DNA from: an uncultured Verrucomicrobiae bacterium
Lineage (GTDB): Bacteria; Verrucomicrobiota; Verrucomicrobiia; Chthoniobacterales; JAFAMB01
Reading direction: 5' to 3'
NCBI GenBank assembly: GCA_963837955.1
Contig: CAWIPH010000002.1
Location: 1,120,001-1,184,000, forward strand
DNA: 64,000 nucleotides
The translations under genes and the position numbers were made by a program. This document shows positions 34,225-42,985 of the stretch, piece by piece; the first letter of the stretch is position 1, and each line of letters begins with the position of its first letter. The notes below the pieces were generated by a model. That model was not told the origin of the DNA. It saw nothing but the letters and a program-made list of their open reading frames with translations, and did no database searches.

Positions 34225-34401
34225 ATGAAATTGACGATCGAACTCGAAGAACCGTACGGCAAAGAGCTGGAGCTACGGGCGTACAGAAGTGGCCAAACCG
34301 TCAAGGAGTACGTCGAAGAAAGCATGAGGGCGAACGTGGAATCAGACATGTCGTTCGACGAAAAGACTGCCCTGCACAAGGAACTTGCTGAGAGAAACTA
34401 A
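34225..34401 (+). CDS. 58-aa protein, ribbon-helix-helix-like (copy 2)
   Basis: MKLTIELEEPYGKELELRAYRSGQTVKEYVEESMR... Confidence 0.6.
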   Translation: MKLTIELEEPYGKELELRAYRSGQTVKEYVEESMRANVESDMSFDEKTALHKELAERN

Positions 34402-34675
34402 CCGGGACTGGCTCTTTCGGTTTAAGCATGTCTTTCGGGCTGTAATCAGTCTGGCCGGTCCAACCACGTCCTCCGCCCGCTCCAGTACGCGATAGAGATT
34501 CTGACGCGCATTCCCGAAATCATCTCTCTTCTCGGCGACCAAGGCAGCATCTCGGAATCGGTAAACAGCTCCCCCTCTAGAAATCACCGCCGTAAAAGGG
34601 CTGGGGCTACGATCGCCGAGACGAACTCGGGCTACGTCACCACAAGGCCGATGTCTGGTTCGGTGCCCCGGATGC

Positions 34676-34727
34676 GGGAGGGCGCACGTCCTCGTGCGCC
34701 GCGGATCGCGAGGATGCGATCCCTCCC
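34676..34727. repeat. GGAG-type REP doublet
   Basis: GGAG-GGCGCACG-TCCT-CGTGCGCC facing an inverted GGAG-GGATCGCA-TCCT-CGCGATCC. Confidence 0.55.
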
Positions 34728-34894
34728 CGCCTGGGGTTTCACCCCCCGGGGGAACGTGTTCCAAACGTTTGCGCCCTGAAAGCGGCGCTAGCCAGGACAG
34801 CGATTTCAGCGGTGTATTGGAACAAGCAAATTTTCCGATTTTTTTTCGGTTGCGCGCATACCTGTTCGAGTGGATATAAGGTCCCTCAACAAAT

Positions 34895-34971
34895 CGCGGG
34901 GTGGAGCAGCCTGGTAGCTCGTCAGGCTCATAACCTGAAGGCCGCGGGTTCAAATCCCGCCCCCGCAACCA
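34895..34971 (+). tRNA. tRNA-fMet (CAT)
   Basis: CGCGGGGTGGAGCAGCCTGGTAGCTCGTCAGGCTCATAACCTGA...GGTTCAAATCC...GCAACCA; C1:A72 mismatch, encoded CCA. Confidence 0.96.
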
Positions 34972-35051
34972 CTTTTCGGAACATGCTCTATAGAGTATCT
35001 GCTCCGAAACGCGAAAGGATCTACTTACTTCGGAATTTCCGACAACGGGAT

Positions 35052-35079
35052 CGCGGATTCAAATCCCGCCCCCGCAACC
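35052..35079 (+). repeat. Duplicate of the tRNA-fMet 3' end
   Basis: CGCGGATTCAAATCCCGCCCCCGCAACC, one mismatch to the tRNA. Confidence 0.9.
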
Positions 35080-35091
35080 GAACGAGACCAA

Positions 35092-35162
35092 ATGGCTTAG
35101 GTCTACGTCCTGAAAAATCCTGAGGGGACGTCTCTACGTGGGACTGACGACTGATCTCGAAG
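35092..35162 (+). pseudogene. GIY-YIG nuclease N-terminal remnant
   Basis: MA*VYVLKNPEG/RLYVGLTTDLE after removing one base. Confidence 0.55.
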
Positions 35163-35187
35163 CTGATCTTCGGCTCGCATAAGAAAA

Positions 35188-35871
35188 CTACTGCTTAGCT
35201 TGCGCCAGGATTTTGGGCCTCGAGGCGCTACCCGACAACTGGCCGCCATTCTTCGCATAATAGTCTCCAACCATGGCCGTGATTTGTCGCGCCGTCCGCG
35301 CGGTATCATCGGTGACGCCCCTTGCTCCCGCATTGCGTAACGCATTTGGCAAAGCCCCGAACAATCCGCCGGCAACTGCACCCGGTTCAGCGTTGCTGCC
35401 GCCCGATGTCTCGAATTGAAGTACGGGCTCCTTGGACAAGTGAGAAAGATCGTATACCCGGACGACCGTTTCCATTTTCGTTCCACCGGCACCTAATCCA
35501 AGCAAACCACGCAAAGCCCGATTACCTCCATTTACTCGGACAAATTCTCCTGTAATTAGCCAGGCATCGGCCCGAGTACGCCTGGAACCGTTCTGCCGAG
35601 TGGCTGGTATGACCGATTTGCTGAGGTCCGAAACCAAATAGTCGGCTAACACATTCGCCGTCTTCTCCTGAAGGGTTACGAGCTCGTCACCGGACCGGTT
35701 AACATGGAAGACGCCCTTGCTGGTATCAAAGTCGGCAACAAGGATTTGTTTTGGCAGTTTCGGATTACCAGTTGTTTGCGCCGGATTGCGGACTCCTACC
35801 GACGCGCATCCTGCCAGGCCCCAGAGGAGACCCGCGGCAAAAAAGACTTTTCTGCGGTTTTGATTTTCCAT
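35188..35871 (-). CDS. DUF4410-like lipoprotein
   Basis: Lipobox LAGC; PKQILVADF; GEFVRVNGGNRALRGLLGLGAGGTK. Confidence 0.75.
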   Translation of the reverse strand: MENQNRRKVFFAAGLLWGLAGCASVGVRNPAQTTGNPKLPKQILVADFDTSKGVFHVNRSGDELVTLQEKTANVLADYLVSDLSKSVIPATRQNGSRRTRADAWLITGEFVRVNGGNRALRGLLGLGAGGTKMETVVRVYDLSHLSKEPVLQFETSGGSNAEPGAVAGGLFGALPNALRNAGARGVTDDTARTARQITAMVGDYYAKNGGQLSGSASRPKILAQAKQ

Positions 35872-36047
35872 AAGGCGCTAACAAAAGATCTCAGTCCCTC
35901 GGCAAACTACTCATTTCGAATGGGCGCGGAAAACGGCGGACCAGTGCCGATAACCAGAAGCTGAGCGCGGTCCACTTGAGCCCAGGTTCCGATTTTTTTG
36001 GGGAGTCGGGCGAGTCCTCGTGGTCCAGGCGGAACCATCATCAGCAC

Positions 36048-36137
36048 AGTGATTAGTGAGAAGTGATTAGTGAGAGGTAAACACACAACCCAAATTTGCT
36101 TGTTTTACTTCTCACCTCTCACCAATCACTTCTCACC
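36048..36137. repeat. Inverted repeat built from 7-bp periodic units
   Basis: AGTGATT-AGTGAGA-AGTGATT-AGTGAGA...TCTCACC-TCTCACC-AATCACT-TCTCACC. Confidence 0.7.
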
Positions 36138-36392
36138 CTTTCACTGCAACCCCCTGGGTTCCTGAGCACCCGCCGGATCGTTTTTTCCTACGAACCACCT
36201 TGGTGCTATAGCACGCCGATTTCGAGTCGGGTTAATCCACTAAGGCGAGAAATGGTGATTAACTCGATCGATGCGGTTTCTGATACGAGAACCAAAATCC
36301 GGTCTCTGTTCGGGCTTAAAACGGGGAATTGAGCGGTTCCGGCATTGTGCGTGAAGAATTGACGGGGCACAGTGCTCATCGGAGGGATATTA

Positions 36393-36746
36393 ATGGAGCA
36401 AATTATTCTGAAGCGGTTTGAAGTTCCCGACGAAATTATCTCTTTCGAAAAAGGTCGGTTCGAAAAAATCACACTGGGCGGAGTTACCATTGGCCGGGCG
36501 ACTTACGAGCCTGGCTGGAAATGGTCGACTCATGTCGGATCAAAAACTGGTACAACTCTCTGCCAGGTAGAACATGTCGGACTAGTAGTCAGCGGTCGAG
36601 CTACAGCAGCGATGCAGGATGGATCAGTTATCGAAATGCGAGCCGGCGATCTGTTTTACATCCCACCGGGGCATGACAGCTGGGTTCTCGGTAATGAGAA
36701 TTATGTTTCTCTCCACTTCCTCGGTGCAGAGAAATACGCTCGTTAG
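36393..36746 (+). CDS. Cupin domain protein
   Basis: YEPGWKWSTHV, CQVEHVG, FYIPPGHDSWV. Confidence 0.88.
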   Translation: MEQIILKRFEVPDEIISFEKGRFEKITLGGVTIGRATYEPGWKWSTHVGSKTGTTLCQVEHVGLVVSGRATAAMQDGSVIEMRAGDLFYIPPGHDSWVLGNENYVSLHFLGAEKYAR

Positions 36747-37513
36747 TTAGCGTTCTTGTTATGCCCATTTCCCATGATTGGCATTTAACACCGGCGAGAG
36801 ACTTGAGGCCACTTGTCGACCGCGCAGTCCATCACCCGACGCAGACCGGGGTATTTGCGCAATGAAGCCGCTTTCCGGCTTGTATTGATGGCGCGATTTT
36901 AGGCAGTACATCATTGGTGCCAGACAACATGCCGGGAACGGATATTAAGTTTCGCAAGGGAGCAAGTGGCGGGGTGAGAAACTATGGAGGCGCGGTGAAG
37001 CCCTTGAGGTGGTTGAAGTCAGGCGCGCTCGAGCTGTCCAGCGATTTGATGATGATGTCGCGGGAGGATGGAGCAACCTATACCGGCGTGCTCGTGTTTA
37101 CGCTCGGCTTTGACTCGCAGCATCACGCCTTCGTGCAGAAGGTCGGGAAAACCAAAACCACCGTGGAGTGAAACCCGGGATTTGTCCCCGTCGTTCCTCA
37201 TATTTTTGTCCCTTTCTCTCATAAGATTTTTTTCCGGGCTCAAACGTAGCCGCGCCTTTTACAAAACGTGGTCAATGTTTCCATCTGGGGAGCTTGGGAA
37301 CGTGTGAGCATCGAGGGGAGCGCCACGAAAGAATCAACGATCGAAAGGGAGCGAAGACTTTGGTGCAGGGTCGGGAGGGGCAGAGGCGTCTGGCCGTGTC
37401 GAATGGTTGCCGCTTTGAGGCGGTATGGCGTGAGGCAGATGTGACAAAAAGGGAGGTAGGGCGTGTCGCGCCATGGCGAAGCGGAGGCAAAGGAGTCGCC
37501 GCAACCGTCCCAA

Positions 37514-37567
37514 CATAGTACTAAAGTATCATAGTACTAAAGTATTATAATACTAAGGTATTATATT
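37514..37567 (+). repeat. Three tandem 16-bp AT-rich units
   Basis: CATAGTACTAAAGTAT, CATAGTACTAAAGTAT, TATAATACTAAGGTAT. Confidence 0.85.
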
Positions 37568-37657
37568 GCATCGATACGATAAACTGGCGCTGGTTTGAGG
37601 GCGCAATGTTTTGGAACCCGTTTCCCGGGGGTTCTAGTCCCCCGGCTGGAGGGATCG

Positions 37658-37739
37658 CAGCCTGTCCGACATAGCTTTTGATGGATCGCGCTCAAGCATT
37701 CTGCACAGGGCATCCGAAAGGGCTATGTCGGACAGGCTG
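37658..37739. repeat. 18-bp perfect inverted repeat (MITE/REP-like hairpin)
   Basis: CAGCCTGTCCGACATAGC ... GCTATGTCGGACAGGCTG. Confidence 0.75.
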
Positions 37740-38060
37740 TGCGCCCTCCCCCCAGGTACTGTCGACCCGTGCGTAACCGTCACATCGGCTGGTTGCTTCG
37801 GTCTAATTGGCTGGCCGGTCCTTTGGCCAAAACGTGGGGATTTTCGTCAAAAACTGAGCCAGCAATCGGCTCGGAAAACCAGCGATATCGGTATTCTCGA
37901 TTAAAGACCAAATTAGAGGACTATAAAAATGATTATTAATTATGATTGCCATAATTACGATTATTCTGATAATGAAGACTTGTAAGCGTGAATCCCGACC
38001 GATTATGCAACTATCCCGCTTCCTAATCGACCGGGATGCTTAACCCAAATCAAAGACCCT

Positions 38061-38279
38061 ATGTCGCAGCGTTCTGACGAGCCTCGGCTCCACAGACAAG
38101 GAGGGTTGTCAAAATACAGGACGTTCTGGTTAGCCGGTCTATTAATCGGATTCACTAGCTTAGCCGATCTAGCCTTTCATCCCACACTGGGCGCCGAGCC
38201 GTCTACCGGCCTCGCGCTGCTTGGTGGTTTTGGCATGCTCGGAATCATCATGCGCCTGCGTCAACGCTATGGCGGTTAG
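38061..38279 (+). CDS. 72-aa protein ending in a degenerate PEP-CTERM-like sorting signal
   Basis: AEPSTGLALLGGFGMLGIIMRLRQRYGG C-terminus. Confidence 0.5.
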   Translation: MSQRSDEPRLHRQGGLSKYRTFWLAGLLIGFTSLADLAFHPTLGAEPSTGLALLGGFGMLGIIMRLRQRYGG

Positions 38280-38301
38280 TTAACTCCAACAGTCTCACAT
38301 T

Positions 38302-39108
38302 ATGCGAATCTTCTACCTTATGCTCCTGCTTCCGCTGGCTGGCTTGGTTGGCCAGGCGACAGCAGCTACGACGCCTCTCTTCGATAGTGGCGGCTCCACT
38401 ATTATCGGCGGGAACGCCGGCCCCTACAATGACGTCGTCAACATTAACGCCACTAGCGGTACGGAGACCTTCTATGTCGCGGTGGGTACAGGCAACGGCT
38501 CAAACAATGCACCCTGGGGAGGCGGTAATACGGTTACCGCCCTCAATCTCTCGCTTTGGGGTTTTTCTCCCAGTGGCAGCGCTGTACCGGTCACTGTTGG
38601 CCTCTACACTGGTACCGACACCGGCACCGGTTTGAGCGGACTAACCGCGATTGGCGGTCCGCTGACTCAAAATATAAACAACACGACCGGTGGCAATTAC
38701 AATAACACGGCCAGCGTCTTTAGCTTTGGGCTCACCGGTGCAGCCCAAACCACCAACCCCATCGCGCCGAACACGCAGCTGATAGTGGGCATTACCATCG
38801 CTACGGGCAATTCATTCGACATAGCAACCGGTGCTCTCTTCGGTGGATCGCCTCAGCCTAACTATACCTTTAACAATGCCTTCACCGGCTCGAGCGGTTT
38901 AAACCCAAACAGCTATTTCTATACGGCCGGCAACGGAAATGTTTCCGGTGCGGTGCTCTCCCAAGATGTCGGCCTGGCCTCCTTCTTTGATTTGACGGCC
39001 ACCGTTATCCCGGTTCCCGAGCCACCCCTTGGGCATTATCTGCTGCTCTCCGCACCACTGATCTTCGGCGTGGCGCTGGTTCGCAGGTTCCGGTCACGTG
39101 CCGTCTAG
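38302..39108 (+). CDS. PEP-CTERM surface protein, Gly/Thr/Asn-rich
   Basis: Signal peptide; C-terminal VPEP + hydrophobic helix + RRFRSR. Confidence 0.85.
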   Translation: MRIFYLMLLLPLAGLVGQATAATTPLFDSGGSTIIGGNAGPYNDVVNINATSGTETFYVAVGTGNGSNNAPWGGGNTVTALNLSLWGFSPSGSAVPVTVGLYTGTDTGTGLSGLTAIGGPLTQNINNTTGGNYNNTASVFSFGLTGAAQTTNPIAPNTQLIVGITIATGNSFDIATGALFGGSPQPNYTFNNAFTGSSGLNPNSYFYTAGNGNVSGAVLSQDVGLASFFDLTATVIPVPEPPLGHYLLLSAPLIFGVALVRRFRSRAV

Positions 39109-39244
39109 ATCAAAAGCAACACAGAAGCAAAGAGAGGGTTTTTAAACAGGAAGTAGCAAAGGAAGCAAAGGCCTTCAACCCGACTTCGGCCGAGCTCAGC
39201 TGCGCGGCCGAAGACTCATCCGAACAGTTTTCACTTCTCATCCC

Positions 39245-40348
39245 ATGAACACACACACCATCGTATTCTCGCGAGAGCGGCTGTTCACGGCTCTTGCTTC
39301 CGCTGCGCTGCTTTTCGTATCGAGCGCCGCCGCGCAGAATGTCGGGATTGGGGTTTCCAACCCCCAGTCTAAACTCACTGTTAACGGTAACTTAGCTGTC
39401 GGTTCCGGCTTCAACGTAGCTGCACCAGCCGACGGAGCAATTATACAAGGCCGCGTCGGGATAGGCACGACCACTCCCCTTTGTCCGTTGCATGTGGCAG
39501 GACCGGCCAGCACTTTCAATGTCAGTGGCGCCACTTTAGAAACCCAATTCAGTTTCAACAATACTACCACCCTGACTCACTTAACCACCGTTGGCTCACA
39601 AGGCGGTGCATCCATCATTGCGGAGAGCCATATCGTCAGTCAAGGAGGGCTCTTTTCGATTAACGGAACATTCAGCGCATCGGATGCGCGGCTAAAGAAC
39701 ATTATCGGGCGCTCCGATAGTAGCAAAGATCTGCAACTGTTAAGCCAGCTTCAGGTGACCGATTATACGTACATTGATAAAGTGACCTCAGGGCACCAGG
39801 TTCAAAAAAAGCTCATCGCCCAACAGGTCGAGCAGCTGATACCCCAAGTGGTTACTCAGCGAACGGATTTTCTCCCCGATATCTACGTGCCTGCTAGTAA
39901 AGTCGAAGCTAAGGATGGGAATTGTGTGATTACTTTAGCGAAAGCCCACAACCTAAACACCGGAGACAAGGTGCGATTAATCGTTGAAGGCGCCCCTGAC
40001 CTAAGGACCGATGTGAAGGTGCTCAACGACACGCAGTTTCAGTTTGCCTCAGCGACTCCGATCAGCTCCAGAGTCTTCGTATATGGTAAGGAGCATGATG
40101 ACGTCCGAGCGATTGATTACGACGCGATCGCCATGCTCAACGTCAGTGCCACCCAGGCACTGGCCAAACAGGTTGAGGTTCTTCGTGATGAAAACGTCAA
40201 GATGAAAGCCGTGGTGGCTGAGGTCGAACAGCTAAAGGCAGAAAATGCGAAGCTGACCGCGATTGTCGCCAAGATCGAAAGTCTGGATAAGGCGGTGAAA
40301 ACGACTAAAAGACGAAGTGCGGCCCGACCTGTTGCTTACAACAACTAA
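39245..40348 (+). CDS. Secreted tail-fibre-like S74 protein (paralogue B)
   Basis: QNVGIGVSNPQSKL; SDARLK; LIAQQVE; IDYDAI. Confidence 0.88.
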   Translation: MNTHTIVFSRERLFTALASAALLFVSSAAAQNVGIGVSNPQSKLTVNGNLAVGSGFNVAAPADGAIIQGRVGIGTTTPLCPLHVAGPASTFNVSGATLETQFSFNNTTTLTHLTTVGSQGGASIIAESHIVSQGGLFSINGTFSASDARLKNIIGRSDSSKDLQLLSQLQVTDYTYIDKVTSGHQVQKKLIAQQVEQLIPQVVTQRTDFLPDIYVPASKVEAKDGNCVITLAKAHNLNTGDKVRLIVEGAPDLRTDVKVLNDTQFQFASATPISSRVFVYGKEHDDVRAIDYDAIAMLNVSATQALAKQVEVLRDENVKMKAVVAEVEQLKAENAKLTAIVAKIESLDKAVKTTKRRSAARPVAYNN

Positions 40349-40431
40349 AGGGGGTCACAACCGCTAACGTTACAATTAATGGCACTCGAAGCTGGTTCGA
40401 TTCGATTAATTCTACTCTCAACGTCGACCAG

Positions 40432-40540
40432 GCTGTCGGCTATCGTCGCGAAAGTGGATAGTCTGCAAAAAGCCGTCAATGCGCTACAGACAAAGGCCGC
40501 TGAACGGGTAGCAATCTCCGGGAGCGCCGTGAGTGAGTGA
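40432..40540 (+). pseudogene. Orphan 3' end homologous to the end of paralogue E
   Basis: LSAIVAKVDSLQKAVNALQTKAAERVAISGSAVSE* aligns with 44275-44383. Confidence 0.8.
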
Positions 40541-40617
40541 GTAGCGCCGATCACTCCAAAAATGAACCAGTGATAATTATTTCGACAAGGCAAAAACGCT
40601 CGAACTACGCATTAATC

Positions 40618-41586
40618 ATGACAAGCCTCAATAATACTAAAAAGCTCTTACACGGAGCCTTATATGGCGCAGCATTAGCTTTTGTGTCAGCTGCTGCCGC
40701 CCAGAATGTCGGGATCGGTGTTAGTAACCCTCAATCCAAGCTTAGCGTCAATGGCACCACCAGCTCCGGAGGGTTGGCGATTGGTGACTCCACCTATACG
40801 AGTACATCCGGTACGGTTGCTCCTTCAAATGGGGCGATCATTCAAGGGACTGTCGGCATGGGTTTAACAACGCCACAAGTTCCTCTTCATGTAAACGGAC
40901 AAGTATACGTGGCGGGACCAGGCGTCACTGGTAATTTTTTTGCTGGAACAGCGAACCAAAATGGGGTCCAAATAGGCCCAGGTTTTGTAGGCGTTCAGCG
41001 CAATCAAGGCCACTGCCTTGCTTTGGCTAAACCGGCAGGAGCGGCTGATGGCCTACTTGCGCAGTTCAACGTTGCCGGTTTTCAGGTCGGAAACATCACG
41101 ACATCAGGGGGAACCGTAACTTACGGTACCACCTCCGACGAACGTCTGAAAGCGAATATCCGGCCAAGTGCTAAAGGGCTTAATGAGTTGATGAAGATTC
41201 AGGTGAGCGACTACAACTTCAAATCGACGCCTGGCAAGAATGAGACAGGATTCATCGCTCAGCAGCTTTATACGGTCTTGCCGAATGTCGTGACCAAAGG
41301 AGGAGAGGATCCTGCGAAGGAGCCGTGGAGCGTGGATTATGGTCGCGTCACACCGTTATTGACAAAGGCAATTCAGGAACAACAAGTTGAGATCGAATCT
41401 CTCAAAGCTGACAACCTGCGGCTTAAAGCAGATGCCAACAAACTTAGCGAGGTGGAAGCAGAGAACGCCCGGTTGAAAGGCCAGACCGACAAGCTCGCCG
41501 CCAAAATGGAAGCCTTGGAAAAAACCATGGCCGCCATGCAGACGAAGCATGGCAGAGCCTCCCACGCCGTCGTTCTCAACAATTGA
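40618..41586 (+). CDS. Secreted tail-fibre-like S74 protein (paralogue C, compact chaperone)
   Basis: QNVGIGVSNPQSKL; SDERLK; GFIAQQL; SVDYGRVTPLLTKAIQEQQ. Confidence 0.88.
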   Translation: MTSLNNTKKLLHGALYGAALAFVSAAAAQNVGIGVSNPQSKLSVNGTTSSGGLAIGDSTYTSTSGTVAPSNGAIIQGTVGMGLTTPQVPLHVNGQVYVAGPGVTGNFFAGTANQNGVQIGPGFVGVQRNQGHCLALAKPAGAADGLLAQFNVAGFQVGNITTSGGTVTYGTTSDERLKANIRPSAKGLNELMKIQVSDYNFKSTPGKNETGFIAQQLYTVLPNVVTKGGEDPAKEPWSVDYGRVTPLLTKAIQEQQVEIESLKADNLRLKADANKLSEVEAENARLKGQTDKLAAKMEALEKTMAAMQTKHGRASHAVVLNN

Positions 41587-41619
41587 CAATTATTTTGATA
41601 AGGGAAACTCAACCTTAAA

Positions 41620-41749
41620 CACGCTGACGATTGCGCCGGTCCCCGAGCCACCGCTTGGGCATTATCTGCTCCTTTCTCTACCCCTACTCATCGGCATCAC
41701 TCTTGCACGCCGCTTTCGCTCATGCGCAGGTAGCTGCAGACAAAGCTGA
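41620..41749 (+). pseudogene. Orphan PEP-CTERM 3' end
   Basis: PVPEPPLGHYLLLSLPLLIGITLARRFRS, homologous to 39010-39100. Confidence 0.8.
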
Positions 41750-41818
41750 AACAGAACCCATCGAACAAAGACTCAAAGTAAGCAGTTCGTGCGCTTGGTT
41801 CAGCATCAAGAAATCTTT

Positions 41819-42925
41819 ATGAAAACGAGAAATGATATTAGTAAGCCGCTGTTCGCGGCTTGTGCCGCCGCTACGTTGCTCTCCATATCGGGTGCCGCTG
41901 CGCAGAATGTCGGGATCGGCATTTCCAATCCCCAATCTAAACTTACCGTCAACGGTAACCTTGCTGTTGGCAACAGTACCTTTAACGTCGCGGCTCCTGT
42001 CAACGGCGCGATTATTCAGGGGAATGTTGGGATCGGTACGATCACGCCCAGAGCACCATTAGACGTGACCATATCAAGCGTTCTTACTGAAACCGGTGGT
42101 GTGCGTACGTTTTTTGATTTCGCTACAGCTCCTGTTCTTACTCAACAGACCGTAACAACAACGACCAACGTTGCATCGGCAGTGTTCAGTCAGTCTGTCT
42201 TTACCGGCAATGCTTTCATCTCTTACGGTGGCACCCTTACTGCGTCCGATGCGCGTTTGAAGAATATCATTGGAAATTCGGACGGTGCTACGGACCTGGA
42301 GATACTCAAGAAGATCGAGGTCACCGATTACACGATGAAGGATGCCGTGACGTTCGGAAATAGATTGTTCAAAAAGGTAGTCGCGCAACAAGTAGAAAAG
42401 GTCTATCCGACGGCCGTCAGCACGATTGGTTACAAAAGCGTTACGTTCACGCCCGACATCTATGCAGTGTCTAGTTCTGTGAAGTTCGAGGGGCAGAATG
42501 TCTATACCGTCAGCCTTACCAAAACACACGGCCTGAAAGAGGGCGAAATGCTTCGTTTGATCACGGAGAAGAATTCCGAACTCAATGTCGTAGCTCATGT
42601 GGTGGATGACAAGACCTTCACGGTGACGACGAAAGAACCCCTCGACGATAAAGTGTTCGTTTACGGCAAACAATGCCTGGATCTGAAAAGCGTCGATTAC
42701 GATGCCATCGCGATGCTCAATGTGAGCGCCACCCAGGAGCTGGCAAAAAAGGTTGAAGCCCTCGAAGCAGAGAATTCTCAACTGAAAGCCGAATCCCGCA
42801 GACTCACTGCCGTCGAGCAGCAAAACGCTAAACTCGCCGCGCAAATGGAAGCCTTGGAGAAATCCGTGGCCGCCTCCAATCATCAAAAATCCGCCACTTC
42901 GCAAGCGGTGGCCCTCTCCTACTAA
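41819..42925 (+). CDS. Secreted tail-fibre-like S74 protein (paralogue D)
   Basis: QNVGIGISNPQSKL; SDARLK; chaperone very similar to that of paralogue A. Confidence 0.88.
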   Translation: MKTRNDISKPLFAACAAATLLSISGAAAQNVGIGISNPQSKLTVNGNLAVGNSTFNVAAPVNGAIIQGNVGIGTITPRAPLDVTISSVLTETGGVRTFFDFATAPVLTQQTVTTTTNVASAVFSQSVFTGNAFISYGGTLTASDARLKNIIGNSDGATDLEILKKIEVTDYTMKDAVTFGNRLFKKVVAQQVEKVYPTAVSTIGYKSVTFTPDIYAVSSSVKFEGQNVYTVSLTKTHGLKEGEMLRLITEKNSELNVVAHVVDDKTFTVTTKEPLDDKVFVYGKQCLDLKSVDYDAIAMLNVSATQELAKKVEALEAENSQLKAESRRLTAVEQQNAKLAAQMEALEKSVAASNHQKSATSQAVALSY

Positions 42926-42985
42926 GAACACGGATCCGGCGCGTTCGCGGTGCCAGCTCATCGAGAACGCACGAAAACGACACCT

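Noticed and set aside
34342..34968. 208-aa minus-strand ORF
   Set aside because: It starts antisense to the tRNA and runs through repeat and hairpin DNA.
34895..35079. attL/attR of an integrated island at tRNA-fMet
   Set aside because: The repeats are only about 80 bp apart and no integrase is present; kept only as a cassette relic.
37930..37977. Fur box-like AT-rich stretch
   Set aside because: Only scattered GATAAT/ATTAT hexamers, with no convincing 19-bp box.
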